Part shown: positions 42,981 to 53,140 of the stretch, one piece after another
Layout of the letters: the number at the start of each line of letters is the position of its first letter
Position numbering within the stretch: position 1 is the first letter of the stretch
Assembly (NCBI GenBank): GCA_963749495.1
Contig: CAVVMW010000015.1
Location: 416,001 to 480,000 of the forward strand
Source: an uncultured bacterium
Lineage (GTDB): Bacteria > Verrucomicrobiota > Verrucomicrobiia > Limisphaerales > UBA8199
DNA: 64,000 bases
Direction: 5' to 3'
The notes under the pieces: generated by a model
The model's input: only the letters and a program-made list of their open reading frames with translations
What the model was told of the DNA's origin: nothing
The model's database searches: none
Position numbers and translations under genes: made by a program

Positions 42981-44195
42981 CATGAACAAAACAAACCTGA
43001 TACGCCATGCCCTGCGGCTGTCTGGGGTGACGGTGGCCGGCATGGCCGCCATGGCAGCCCTGGCCCAACCGGCGCCGGAGTCGCCAGGACCACGGGACGT
43101 GAGCGAACAACGGGAGAACCTCGAACGTAAAGGAAGTGGCGAGAAGCCAGGCGAAGGCGGCCCTGAAGCGGGCCGGGCGGAATCCAGAGGCCAGCTCGAG
43201 AGAATGAGGGCGCACCTTGCGGAATTGCGCCAGCGGGAACAATCGGTGCGAGCGGAGGAGATGCAGGTCCGACGCCAACTCGAGGAGATGGAGAGCAGAC
43301 CGGGCGCAGGTGCCCGGCCCTCCGGCCCCCGTGGACCCGAAGGTATGACGGGCCTCGGGCCTGAAGGAAACCCGCCGAATCCGCCGATGGGGATGGGGAC
43401 ACCTGGGCCGCAACGGCGGCTGCAGCACCTCCAAGTGGCCATCGACAACCTTCACGCCGCTGGCCTGCACGAAATCGCGGACGCCCTGGCGTACCAGGCC
43501 CAGAGCATGCGGCAGCAGTTCGAACGCGGCCCCCGGCCGGGGATGCCGGGATTGGGGATGCCAGGACCGGGGATGCCGGGATTGGGGATGCCAGGACCGG
43601 GGATGCCGGGCCAGGGGATGCCAGGATCGGGCACGTCAGGCCAGGGGATGCCGGGACCGGGGATGCCAGGACCGGGGATGCCGGGGCCGGGGATGCCAGG
43701 ACCGGGGATGCCGGGGCCGGGGATGCCAGGACCGGGGATGCCGGGGCCGGGGATGCCAGGACCGGGGATGCCGGGGCCGGGGATGCCAGGACCGGGGATG
43801 CCAGGCCAGGGGATGCCAGGACCGGGGATGCCGGGGCCGGGGATGCCGGGGCCGGGGACGTTGGGGCCGGGGACGTCGGGGCCGGGGATGCCAGGCCAGG
43901 GGATGCCGGGGCCGGGGATGCCGGCCCGGGGATGCCAGGATCGGGCATGCCAGGACCGGGGATGCCGGGGCCGGGGATGCCAGGCCAGGGGATGCCAGGG
44001 CCGGGGATGTCGGGACCGGGGATGTCAGGCCCGGCGATGCCGGGACCGGGAATGCGAGGGCCGTGGATGCGCGGGCCGGGCGCTCCTCCCATCGCCCGCG
44101 AAATGCGCCAACTCCACCAGCAACTCCGGGACCTGCGCCAAGCGGTTGACGATCTGCGCCGCCGGTTGGATAAAATGGGCCGGGAGCGGCGCTGA
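42981..44195 (+). CDS. Secreted coiled-coil protein with about 35 (GPGMP) pentapeptide repeats; frameshift near 43925
   Basis: Signal peptide, coiled coil, RRLQHLQVAIDNLHAAG, 15-bp tandem repeats, C-terminal coiled coil in the shifted frame. Confidence 0.8.
43531..44080 (+). repeat. Coding 15-bp tandem repeat CCRGGNCMGGGGATG
   Basis: Seen directly. Confidence 0.95.
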
Positions 44196-44216
44196 GCGGG
44201 CGATGTTAACGCGTGA

Positions 44217-44843
44217 CTACTTGCGCCTGGCCTTGGATTTGCCGGGGCCCTTTTGCCGGTCGAACGCCCCGCGCACCTTGGCCAGTTCGGCGCGGGTCTG
44301 CTCGAGTTGGTCCTGGGCCTGGCGGCGCGCCTGGTTGGCCTCGTCCAGTTGGCGGGTGCGGCGGCGCAGTTCCAGTTGGGAGGTCACGTGCCGGGCCAGG
44401 GTGCGCAGCGCCTCCTGCTGCTCGGCCTCCAGTTGGCGGGGCACCCGGTCCATCACGCACAACGTCCCCAGGGCGTAGCCGTCCGGCGTGACCAACGATG
44501 CGCCCGCGTAAAAGCGGATGCCGGGCTCGGTCCTCACGAGCGGGTTGGCGGCGAACCGCTCGTCCTTCGTGGCATCGGGCACGATGAAGAGATCGGGCTG
44601 GAGGATGGCGTGCGTGCAAAAGGAGATGTCGCGCGCCGTCTCGGTGAGCGTCGTCCCGACCTTGGACTTGAACCACTGCCGGTTCTCGTCCACCAGGCTG
44701 ATCAGGGCGATCGGCGCCCGGCAAATCCGGGCCGCCAGCGCCGTGAGGTCATCGAAGAGTTCCTCCGGGACGGTGTCCAGCACTTCGTATTGCCAGAGCA
44801 CCCGCAGACGTTGTTTCTCGCTGGGTGGGATGGGCGCGCGCAC
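44217..44843 (-). CDS. GAF-domain protein with C-terminal coiled coil
   Basis: YEVLDT, ISLVDENRQWFKS, SFCTHAI, RFYAGASL, LGTLCVMD. Confidence 0.92.
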   Translation of the reverse strand: MRAPIPPSEKQRLRVLWQYEVLDTVPEELFDDLTALAARICRAPIALISLVDENRQWFKSKVGTTLTETARDISFCTHAILQPDLFIVPDATKDERFAANPLVRTEPGIRFYAGASLVTPDGYALGTLCVMDRVPRQLEAEQQEALRTLARHVTSQLELRRRTRQLDEANQARRQAQDQLEQTRAELAKVRGAFDRQKGPGKSKARRK

Positions 44844-44905
44844 ACCAAATACTGGGCGCGAATCTTATTCCGGCTCCGCGCCAAAGCAATCCTTTTTCCG
44901 CCCGG

Positions 44906-45649
44906 CTACATCGGATCACGGTTCGCGTCCTGGTAACTGATATAGCTGGCAGGCTCGCGGCCGATGGCCGCAAACCAAAAGGGACAATACGAGGCGGTCC
45001 AGATCGCGTCCCCCGCCCGGACCGGGTGCCAATCGGCGCCGAGCCGCAAGACACCCTGGCCGCGCAGGATGAGCAGGCCGTGCTCCGTCACCCGGGCCGC
45101 CACGGCGGGCAAGGCCCCGCCGGGTTCAAAGCTCAGGAGGTTCACGGCCATGTCGAACGCGGGGTCCGACGGCAGCAGCGCCTGCAGGCGCACCCAAGGA
45201 GCGCCGGCCAGGGCCTGCCCTTTGACCTCGCGCTCATGTGTGACAAAGGCGGCGGGCACCCCGGCCCCCGGCAAGGGCTGGTAGGGCTTCTGAAAAAGCA
45301 CCATGCGCGAGGCCGGGCCGGCGCCCTTGATCTGAACATCGCGCTCAGCGGGCACATAGGCAAAACTGCCGGGCTCCAGCCGATGCCGGCGGTCCTCGGC
45401 CTGGATGCTCGCGTTGCCCTCGAGCATGTAAAGGCTCAACTGGTTTCGGCCCGTATTGCCCTGGCACAGCCCGTCGGCCTGCAGCGTGACCAGGAATTGG
45501 CAGAACCGCGCCCCCAGCGTCGGCGAGACCGGGACGTGGCAAAGGGCCTTTTCCCAGCCGGGCAACAGGCTCGGCGCCAGGCTCCCGGGCGGCAGCACCG
45601 CATAATCGCGCGTCACAACAACGCGAGTAGAATCAAAAAAGTCCTTCAT
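44906..45649 (-). CDS. allE: (S)-ureidoglycine aminohydrolase-like bicupin
   Basis: LLPGWE, FDMAVNLLSFEPG, EHGLLILRGQG, W.PV.AGD.IW..YCP.W, YQDANRD. Confidence 0.82.
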   Translation of the reverse strand: MKDFFDSTRVVVTRDYAVLPPGSLAPSLLPGWEKALCHVPVSPTLGARFCQFLVTLQADGLCQGNTGRNQLSLYMLEGNASIQAEDRRHRLEPGSFAYVPAERDVQIKGAGPASRMVLFQKPYQPLPGAGVPAAFVTHEREVKGQALAGAPWVRLQALLPSDPAFDMAVNLLSFEPGGALPAVAARVTEHGLLILRGQGVLRLGADWHPVRAGDAIWTASYCPFWFAAIGREPASYISYQDANRDPM

Positions 45650-45651
45650 TA

Positions 45652-46032
45652 GAGGGTCGAGGGTCGAGGGTTGAGGGTCGAGGGGCGAGATAGCCGATAG
45701 GCAATAGCCAATAGCCGAGGGGCGCGGGGCGAGGGGCGAGATAGCCGATAGGCAATAGCCAATAGCCGAGGGGGCGAGGGGCGAGGGGCGAGATAGCCGA
45801 TAGGCAATAGCCCATAGCCGAGGGGGCGAGGGGCGAGGGGCGAGATAGCCGATAGGCAATAGCCCATAGCCGAGGGGGCGAGGGGCGAGGGGCGAGAGTT
45901 CATTCGTCATTCGTCATTCGTCATTCGTCATTCGTCATTCGTCATTCATCCGCCCACTCCAAACCCGCTCGTTTTCACCCTGGCGCCCGCTCGCGTCTCA
46001 TTCCGCACTCCGCATTCCGCACTCCGCACTCC
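45652..46032. repeat. Composite heptamer field: (GAGGGTC)n, four ~52-bp higher-order units, (TCATTCG)n, (TCCGCAY)n
   Basis: Seen directly between the recR stop and allE start. Confidence 0.92.
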
Positions 46033-46632
46033 CTACATCTCCCGCCGCCCTTCCAAAGCTCGGCTCAGGGTCAGCTCATCGGCGAACTCCAGGCCCGTGC
46101 CTGCCGGCAGGCCGTGGGCGATGCGGCTGATCTTCAGCCCCGGACGCGCCAGCCGCTTGGCCAGGTAAAAGCCGGTCGCGTCGCCCTCGACGTCCGTGCC
46201 CAGCGCAATCACGATCTCCCGGATCGGCTCCAGCCCCAGGCGGGTCTCCAACTGGGCGATGCGCAGGTCCTCCGGCTCGACGCCGTTGAGGGGTGAAATC
46301 TTGCCGCCCAGCACGTGGTACTTGCCGCCGAACGTCCCGGACTTCTCGATGCTCAGGATATCGACCGGCCGCTCGACGACACACACCAGCGAGGCATCGC
46401 GCCGCGGGTCGTTGCAAACCGGACAAGGAGACTGCTCGGTGAGCGCGCCGCAGACCTCGCACAGCCTGACCCGCTTGCGCGCACTCAAAAGGGCGTCGGC
46501 CAACTGCTGAACCGCCCCCGACTCCGCTTGCACCAGGTGCAAGGCGATGCGCTCGGCCGAACGCGGCCCGATGCCGGGCAACCGGCTCAGCGCCCCGATT
46601 AACGACGTGATTGGCTCAGGCAATGCGGCCAT
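46033..46632 (-). CDS. recR: Recombination mediator RecR
   Basis: LPGIGPRSAERIA, C4 zinc finger, YHVLGG, TDVEGDAT. Confidence 0.98.
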   Translation of the reverse strand: MAALPEPITSLIGALSRLPGIGPRSAERIALHLVQAESGAVQQLADALLSARKRVRLCEVCGALTEQSPCPVCNDPRRDASLVCVVERPVDILSIEKSGTFGGKYHVLGGKISPLNGVEPEDLRIAQLETRLGLEPIREIVIALGTDVEGDATGFYLAKRLARPGLKISRIAHGLPAGTGLEFADELTLSRALEGRREM

Positions 46633-46666
46633 GGTGTTACGTTCGCAGCATCTTGGGCAGGCAGCG

Positions 46667-46748
46667 CGTGAAGCGTGAAACGTGAAACGTGAAACGTGAA
46701 CCCGTTCGCACGCGCTGACCTTTCACGTTTCACGTTTCACGTTTCACG
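46667..46748. repeat. Inverted heptamer arrays (CGTGAAA)n ... (TTTCACG)n
   Basis: Seen directly between ybaB and recR. Confidence 0.92.
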
Positions 46749-46752
46749 CTCC

Positions 46753-47070
46753 TCACGTTCCCATCAGCCCCGGCAGACTGAACCCGGCGGTGATCTTGTT
46801 CATCTCGGCGCTGGAGATTTCCTTGGCCTGGCCCAGGGCCTGGTTGGCCGCCGTGAGGATCAGGTCCTCGAGCAACTGGGCATCCGCCGGGTTGATCGCC
46901 TGCGGGTCGATCTTGATCGAGGCCACCGTGCCGTCGCACTTGGCCACCACCTTGACCGCCCCGCCGCCGCTGGTCGCCTCGACGGTGCGGCTGGCGAGGC
47001 TGGCCTGGAGTTGTTCCACCTGTTGCTGCATGCGCGCAGCCTGTTTGACGATTTTGCCGATGCTGGACAT
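46753..47070 (-). CDS. ybaB: YbaB/EbfC nucleoid-associated protein
   Basis: SGGGAVKV, LLEDLILTAANQA; dnaX-ybaB-recR synteny. Confidence 0.96.
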   Translation of the reverse strand: MSSIGKIVKQAARMQQQVEQLQASLASRTVEATSGGGAVKVVAKCDGTVASIKIDPQAINPADAQLLEDLILTAANQALGQAKEISSAEMNKITAGFSLPGLMGT

Positions 47071-47105
47071 AGCTTGCTCTGTTGTCTGTGTTATCTCCCG
47101 TTCAC

Positions 47106-48935
47106 TCAGGCGCGGACTTCCACGATTTGGCCTTTGAAGATTTCGAGGGCCTTCTGGATGAGCGGGTCGTTCTTGAAATCGTCCTTGCTGAACGGGATGG
47201 GAGCCGGCTTCGGCTTGGTGGGCGTGGCGCCGGGCGCCGCCGTGGGCGGCGCGGTCCCGGCGGGGGGCGGGCCGGCCGGGAGGCTGGGCGCAGGCTCGGG
47301 CGCCAAGGCGGGCGTGGGCGCCGCGGCGCTCGCCGGCGCCTGGGCCTTGACGAACTTGAATTGCACGTTGGGATGGCCCAATTCGAGCAGCTTGGTTTGC
47401 AGCAGCGTGTGGGTGCGCGCCACGTCCACCAGGCCGATATGGTTCTCGAACTCGGGGTCGAAGCCGATCGTGAACAGGTTCTTGCTGAACGAGACGGGGT
47501 GCGCCTCCAGCAGATAGGTGCGGGTGAACGGACTGGCCCGGCCAAGGGCCTCGAGCAGCCTGGCCCAGAGCGCGTGGAGGTCTCCGGCCGCCGCGGGCAG
47601 GGCAGGGGCGCTGGTCTCGCGCATTTCACCTGCGCCCGCGGGCGCAGGCCCCGCTGCGGGCCTGGCCAGGTTCGGCTCCGCGCGGGCAGCAGCCGGGGGC
47701 GCCGCGCCGGGGGCGAACTGGGCCCGGAAGGGGCTCGGCCCGGGCGCCGAGGCCGGGGCCGGGGCTGGGAGGCTGACGACCTCGCCGCCTGCGGATTGGT
47801 TGCGCAGCGCCTGGAGTTGCTTGAGGAGAGTCTCGATGCTCACGGCCGCGCGGGCCTCGATGGCCTTGAGCAAGGCGACTTCGACCAGGATCCGCTTCGA
47901 GCTGGTGTCGCGCAGGCGCAGGTCGGCGTCGCCCAGGACCTCAAGGATGCGCGTGAGCCCTTCCGTGTTGGCCAGCTTTGCCTGCTCAGCCAGCACGGCC
48001 GCCTCAGCCTCGGCCACCTCGATCAACGTCATGTCTCCGCGCGACACCTGGAAGATGAGCAGGTTGCGGAAGTGGTTCAGCAAATCAGCCAGGAGCCGGG
48101 CCAGGTCTTTGCCGCGGCACGCCAGGTCGTTCAATTGCCGGAGCGCGCCTTCGACCTCGCCCGACAGCACCGCCCCGGAGAGGTCCAAGAGCTGTTTGGG
48201 GGCCGTCAGGCCGAACATCGAGAGCACGTCCGCCTCCTGGATCTGCTCGCCGCAGAAGCTGATGAGCTGGTCCAGGGCCGATTGCGCGTCACGCATCCCG
48301 CCTTCGGCGCCCCGCGCCATGGCATAAAGGGCTGCCGGCTCGACCTGGACCTTCTCCTTGCGGGCAATCTCGTCCAGATGCTTGACGATGAGCGCCGCCG
48401 GGATGCGCCGCAGGTCGAACCGCTGGCACCTCGACAGGATCGTCGGCAGGACCTTCTCCGGCTCGGTCGTGGCGAACATGAACTTCACATGGCCCGGGGG
48501 CTCTTCCAGGGTCTTGAGCAGGGCATTGAAGGCCTCCTTGGTGAGCATGTGGACTTCGTCGATGATATAGACCCTGAACTTCGAGGCGGCCGGGGCGTAA
48601 TTGACCGTCTCGCGCAGGCCGCGGATTTCATCGATGCCGCGGTTGCTGGCAGCGTCGATTTCCAGCACGTCCAGCGAGCGGCCTTCGGCAATCTCCACGC
48701 ATCGCGGGTCGTGCTCGTCGAAATCCACCTTCGGACCGCCGGTGGCATTGAGGCACTTGGCGAAGATCCGGGCGATGGTAGTCTTGCCGGTGCCGCGCGG
48801 CCCGCAAAACAAGTAGGCGTGCGCGATCCGATTCTGTTGGATGGCGTGGACCAGCGTCTGCGTGACGTGCTCCTGGCCCACCACCTCGCTGAACCGCTGC
48901 GGGCGGTACTTCCGGGCTATGACTTGATAGGACAT
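47106..48935 (-). CDS. dnaX: DNA polymerase III subunit gamma/tau
   Basis: ARKYRPQ, GPRGTGKT, IIDEVHML, TILSRCQ. Confidence 0.98.
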   Translation of the reverse strand: MSYQVIARKYRPQRFSEVVGQEHVTQTLVHAIQQNRIAHAYLFCGPRGTGKTTIARIFAKCLNATGGPKVDFDEHDPRCVEIAEGRSLDVLEIDAASNRGIDEIRGLRETVNYAPAASKFRVYIIDEVHMLTKEAFNALLKTLEEPPGHVKFMFATTEPEKVLPTILSRCQRFDLRRIPAALIVKHLDEIARKEKVQVEPAALYAMARGAEGGMRDAQSALDQLISFCGEQIQEADVLSMFGLTAPKQLLDLSGAVLSGEVEGALRQLNDLACRGKDLARLLADLLNHFRNLLIFQVSRGDMTLIEVAEAEAAVLAEQAKLANTEGLTRILEVLGDADLRLRDTSSKRILVEVALLKAIEARAAVSIETLLKQLQALRNQSAGGEVVSLPAPAPASAPGPSPFRAQFAPGAAPPAAARAEPNLARPAAGPAPAGAGEMRETSAPALPAAAGDLHALWARLLEALGRASPFTRTYLLEAHPVSFSKNLFTIGFDPEFENHIGLVDVARTHTLLQTKLLELGHPNVQFKFVKAQAPASAAAPTPALAPEPAPSLPAGPPPAGTAPPTAAPGATPTKPKPAPIPFSKDDFKNDPLIQKALEIFKGQIVEVRA

Positions 48936-48957
48936 TTTCGATCGGCCTGGTGCAAAA

Positions 48958-49053
48958 GTGCCAGGGTGACCACGGCAGACGCGGAGCAGACTGCCGTTGC
49001 TGCCTTCCGGCCCTGGCGGGGTTCGTGAGTCCGCATTCCATGGGCCCTGGCAC
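48958..49053 (-). ncRNA. ffs: Signal recognition particle RNA (4.5S)
   Basis: Minus strand GAACCCCGCCAGGGCCGGAAGGCAGCAACGG domain-IV motif, paired ends, upstream of dnaX. Confidence 0.92.
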
Positions 49054-49082
49054 GGCCAATGTGCCGCAGGAGTTAGGCCGCT

Positions 49083-50150
49083 TCAAGCAGAAATGATCTC
49101 GGCCCAGCCGTGGGCGTCGCGGACGGCGATCATGGCGCGGAGGATGTCGTTCCAGGTCTGCTGCCGGAGCATGACGGCGTTGGGGAACATGCAGCCGTCC
49201 CAGCACAGGTGGCGCATGGACCTGGCCGGTTGGCCGTCCTGGCCGCGCAGCCAATAGCCGGCATGATGAGTAATGTCGAGCTTGCCGTTGGGGTCGCCGG
49301 GCAGGCAATGGTGGCCCGTCTTGTCGTGCGTGCCTGAGCCGTGGACCGTCGCGTCGTTCTGCGCCACGTGAAAATCAATGGTCCATGGCCGCAACGCGGC
49401 AGTGAGCGTTGCCATGGCGGCATCGAGCCGGCCCGGGTCCGACCAATCCCAATCGGGGCTGAGGATGGCGTCCTCCGGGGCGTTGTAGCCCAGGATATAG
49501 AGCAGCGTATGGGCCATGTCGGCTTGGAAACCGAGCGTCTTGGGCCGGTTGACTCGCTCGAGCAGGGCGGCCATGTGCCGCCAACTGTGCATGCCGCCCC
49601 AGCAGATCTCGCCTTCGGCCGCCAGCCGTTCGCCAAAATCCTCCGCCACCAGGCAGGCCTCGGTGAACGTCTGCGCGATTCTCCCCTGGTTGCCCGTGGG
49701 GTCCTTGGCCCACTCGGCAACACCGCACGCCGAATCGATCCGCACCACGCCGTAGGGGCGGGCGCCCAATTCCCGCAGCCTCTGGCCGATGCGACAGGCC
49801 TTCCGCACCTGGCCCACGAATCGCTTGCGGTCCTCCGCATTGCCCAGGGCGGGACCGCCGCCCGTCGGACCCCACACCGGCGCCACCACCGAGCCGACCA
49901 CAAACCCCTTGGCCCGCACCTTGTCCGCCAGCCGCTTGACCCCATCGTCATCGCACTCGATGCTCAGATGCGGGTCGAAGAGGAACAAATCGACCCCGTC
50001 AAACCGCGTGCCCTCCACCTCGGCCTTGGCCGTCAGATCCAGCATGGTGTCCAGGTCGATGCTTGGTTCAGCCCCAGGGCTGCCCTTGCCGACCAGGCCC
50101 GGCCACATGGCGTTGTGCAGCTTTGGATAACTGTTGCATTGCGCGCTCAT
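49083..50150 (-). CDS. Sugar phosphate isomerase/epimerase (xylose isomerase-like TIM barrel)
   Basis: [24 protein letters not shown]. Confidence 0.85.
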   Translation of the reverse strand: MSAQCNSYPKLHNAMWPGLVGKGSPGAEPSIDLDTMLDLTAKAEVEGTRFDGVDLFLFDPHLSIECDDDGVKRLADKVRAKGFVVGSVVAPVWGPTGGGPALGNAEDRKRFVGQVRKACRIGQRLRELGARPYGVVRIDSACGVAEWAKDPTGNQGRIAQTFTEACLVAEDFGERLAAEGEICWGGMHSWRHMAALLERVNRPKTLGFQADMAHTLLYILGYNAPEDAILSPDWDWSDPGRLDAAMATLTAALRPWTIDFHVAQNDATVHGSGTHDKTGHHCLPGDPNGKLDITHHAGYWLRGQDGQPARSMRHLCWDGCMFPNAVMLRQQTWNDILRAMIAVRDAHGWAEIISA

Positions 50151-50229
50151 AAATCAGTTCGTTTGGAAGATGTGCCCAAACCATGCAAGACATTCCCCTG
50201 TGGAGCAATCACAATTTAGCCTTTAGCCT

Positions 50230-51549
50230 TTAGCCTTTTCTGAGCACCACCACCCGGTTGGTGTTCGTGCCCTTGGCCATATTGCTGACGCCCCAGCAGT
50301 TGGCGGTCTTGGTGAACTGCTGGTCGTTGATGAGGACCAGGACCGGTTCGAGCCCGGCGGCGGCGGCGCAGGGCAGGACGGCCTGCTCGAGCCGGGTCTT
50401 GCCGCGATGGACCTCGCCCACCTCGAAGGCCACGTGGCCGCCGGGGGCCAGGACGCGGCGTAACTCCCCGAACACGTCGGTCATGGCCGCCTGCCAGTCG
50501 TGTAGTTTGCTGGGCACCGTCAGGGGCACCGAGGCGGCATCGATGCCCAGGAACCAGCAGCGCAGCCAATTGTCTGTGGCATAACCCACCACATCGAGAA
50601 AGGGCGGCGAGGTGACCACCAGCGAGACGGAGCGGTCCGGGATGGCGGGCGTGCGCGCGGCGTGCGCGGTCAACAGGAGCGAGCGGGCGGCGGCGGCGGC
50701 CAGGCGGGCGCGCGTGGCGGCATCGCAGTCGCGGAGCAAGTGGCGGCTCTTTTTGAGGATCAAAGCCGGCACCTGGCGCAGCGGCGGGGTTTGTTTGCGC
50801 CGGGCGTTGATTCGCTGCTGGGACTGGATTGAGACCGCCTGGTTGGGCGGCAGGGTATAGACCGAGAAGAACCCGGGAGAATGGCCCGTCAAGCGGTTGA
50901 GCGCCAGCAGGCAAATCCACTCGTCCACCGCATCCAGCGAATGGGTCCGGCGGCGTCCGAGCAGGTATCTCTTGAGCGCGGCGATGGCGCGCAACGTAGC
51001 GGGGTGATAAAAAACCAGCAAAGAGTCCGGGACCTGGGCGGGCGCGGCAAAATCGATTTCACCCAGGCGCCGGGCCACCTGGTCCTGGAAGGGCGGGCGC
51101 AACCGCGGCCCCGCCAGCACGGCGCTCAGTGGGTTCAGGTCGCACCCCAAGGGCGTCCGCCCCAACAGCGCCGCTTCCAGCACCGTCGTGCCCCGGCCCA
51201 TGAACGGGTCATAAACCGCCTGGCCGGGCCGGGTCAGGCGCTCGATAAAGAACCTGGGCAACTGCGGCTTGAAACAAGCCCGATAGGAGATCTCGTGGAG
51301 CGAATGGGCCTGGCGCTGCCGGGCTGTCCAGAACTCGTTCACGAATGTCGGGACTTGGCGCGCCTGGCCGCCGGGCCCCGTGTAGGGGGTCGTCAACCGG
51401 CGCGTCGCCCGTCCAAACTCGTGAAAGTCCTCCAACTCCTCGATCCAGGAGGGCCGCGGGCCCCGCCTGCGAGTCGAGGCAGGCACGGGCCGGGCTTCCG
51501 GGCTTGGGCTCCCGGGATTCCGGGGACGGATGCGGGTTGGGCGCTTCAT
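50230..51549 (-). CDS. Orphan amino-DNA methyltransferase (N4-mC/N6-mA type)
   Basis: Motif I YDPFMGRGTT and motif IV VTSPPF; no endonuclease nearby. Confidence 0.88.
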   Translation of the reverse strand: MKRPTRIRPRNPGSPSPEARPVPASTRRRGPRPSWIEELEDFHEFGRATRRLTTPYTGPGGQARQVPTFVNEFWTARQRQAHSLHEISYRACFKPQLPRFFIERLTRPGQAVYDPFMGRGTTVLEAALLGRTPLGCDLNPLSAVLAGPRLRPPFQDQVARRLGEIDFAAPAQVPDSLLVFYHPATLRAIAALKRYLLGRRRTHSLDAVDEWICLLALNRLTGHSPGFFSVYTLPPNQAVSIQSQQRINARRKQTPPLRQVPALILKKSRHLLRDCDAATRARLAAAAARSLLLTAHAARTPAIPDRSVSLVVTSPPFLDVVGYATDNWLRCWFLGIDAASVPLTVPSKLHDWQAAMTDVFGELRRVLAPGGHVAFEVGEVHRGKTRLEQAVLPCAAAAGLEPVLVLINDQQFTKTANCWGVSNMAKGTNTNRVVVLRKG

Positions 51550-51664
51550 CAGGCGCCGCCTAGCACAGCAGCTTTGCCCGCCTTGCGCAATGCCAATTCG
51601 GGGCGCATTCCGCCTTGCCGGGAGGGCCGTTGACAGAGCCGTAGCGCAGGTTTCCAAACCTGCT

Positions 51665-53025
51665 GAGCCTTTTGCAAAACGAAAGAGGAAGGAGACAAAG
51701 TTGATCCAGGGTTGGACGTTGGGAAGGCAGGTGTCTATTCATTGAACTGGCTTGGCGCCCCGCTTGGAACGAAAACGGCCCGCAAGCCGGCAGGCAGGGG
51801 TTCTCAGGCGATACGCCTCCCATCACGCCCCTGGTGGAGCGCGGGCCATTGGCATGGAAAGTGGGGATGTCAACACAAGCGAGCCCAGATGCCCAAGGTG
51901 GCGACCGCCAAGACTCCGAACATCAAATGGCACATGACCTTGGCGGCTCCTCGCACATGCACCGTCCGGGCCCCAAACTCCTCTTCGAGCCGGCCGTTAA
52001 CTCGCTCGCTGGCAGTGCGCTGCTTATAGCGTTGGCGCTCCGCCGGATCCAGCGGCACGAAGCCCTCCCGTTCCTTGGGATCAATAATTGGCACGTGTCC
52101 CAAGCCCCGACAAAAGTCCTTGATGAAGTGCGCGTCGTAGGCCGAGTCCATCAGTTCATAGAGCGCCTGAACCCGTTGGGCGCTCTGCTGCGCCAGGGGA
52201 ATAGCAACCTGACTATCATGCAGGCTGGCACTGGTCAGCACCGCACCGATGGGAATATCCCCGTCAATCACGTCCAGGTGCAGTTTGTAGCCTCGCCACC
52301 AGGTCTTGTAACCCTTGGCATCGGTCTTACACCCTATATCGCATCCCCGCGGCAGGTCGGCCAGGTTCTGCTCCAGCGAGCGGGCCATCTGGATCTCCAG
52401 CTTGGTACGAGGCGGGCGCACCTCACCTTTCTTGGGCCGGCCGGCCTTGCCAGGGGGCGGAGCAACCATCTCCGGCTTGGTCGCCTTGCGCTCCGGCACA
52501 CTAATGGCCGTGCTGTCCCGGCTGATGTGCCCCACCAGCTTGGGCCGACAGTGTATCTCCACCAACGCCGCGTGGATTTGCTGCGGCAATTCGTCGGCGG
52601 CAAACACGCTAAAGGCCCGCGAGAAAGTCGAGCGCTCCGGCAACTGGCCCAAGCTTTCCCAGCCGCAGAGCCGCCGCAGCGTGGGGCGAGCGTTCAAGGC
52701 ATCGATCAATGCTTCGGTCGTGGCAAATCCATAAACGGCTTTGGCGATAAAGGCGTGCAGCACCCAGACCCGCTCATGGGGAGGTCGCCCCTGCCCACAT
52801 CCCTCGTAACGAAGCAGAAAACGTCCCAAAGGCAGCAGCGAAATTACCTCGACAAATTGCTGGTCCTTGGCCCCCAAGGACCCGAGTTCCTCGGTCAAAA
52901 CCGGGAAAAGTTGGCGTTGGAGGTGTTGCCACAGGTCAGGCAGGTCAGGCATATGCGTGGTTTGATCCATCTGCCGACCAGATTATTCAAGAATCCTGCA
53001 ACTTTCCGACTTTTGCAAAAGGCTC
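51665..53025 (-). mobile_element. Insertion sequence (IS5/IS1182-like) inserted in a REP
   Basis: 15-bp TIR GAGCCTTTTGCAAAA; TGCT duplicated at 51661-51664 and 53026-53029. Confidence 0.92.
51870..52970 (-). CDS. DDE transposase (IS5/IS1182-like)
   Basis: LRRLCGW...STFSR, SRDSTAI, GYKLH, HDSQ, MDSAYD, YKQRTASERVN. Confidence 0.92.
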   Translation of the reverse strand: MDQTTHMPDLPDLWQHLQRQLFPVLTEELGSLGAKDQQFVEVISLLPLGRFLLRYEGCGQGRPPHERVWVLHAFIAKAVYGFATTEALIDALNARPTLRRLCGWESLGQLPERSTFSRAFSVFAADELPQQIHAALVEIHCRPKLVGHISRDSTAISVPERKATKPEMVAPPPGKAGRPKKGEVRPPRTKLEIQMARSLEQNLADLPRGCDIGCKTDAKGYKTWWRGYKLHLDVIDGDIPIGAVLTSASLHDSQVAIPLAQQSAQRVQALYELMDSAYDAHFIKDFCRGLGHVPIIDPKEREGFVPLDPAERQRYKQRTASERVNGRLEEEFGARTVHVRGAAKVMCHLMFGVLAVATLGIWARLC

Positions 53026-53140
53026 TGCTGTATCGCCGATTTCCAATCGGCAGGGCGTCGGCATGTCGAGCGCCCCCGGTTTGCGGACGGCCTGCGGGTT
53101 TGGAAACCCGCGATACAGCAGGTTTGGAAACCTGCGCTAC
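53026..53140. repeat. REP pair whose left arm (from 51641) is split by the IS
   Basis: GTAGCGCAGGTTTCCAAACCTGCT|GTATCG ... CGATACAGCAGGTTTGGAAACCTGCGCTAC. Confidence 0.85.

Noticed and set aside
43531..44080. 15-bp tandem repeat as a non-coding or CRISPR-like array
   Set aside because: In-frame coding repeat with variation mostly at synonymous positions
45687..45896. Four regularly spaced ~30-bp repeats resembling a CRISPR array
   Set aside because: The intervening sequences are near-identical GAGGGGC heptamers, not unique spacers; no cas genes in the window
47106..48935. dnaX gamma/tau programmed frameshift signal
   Set aside because: No A-AAA-AAG or long A-run slippery site seen
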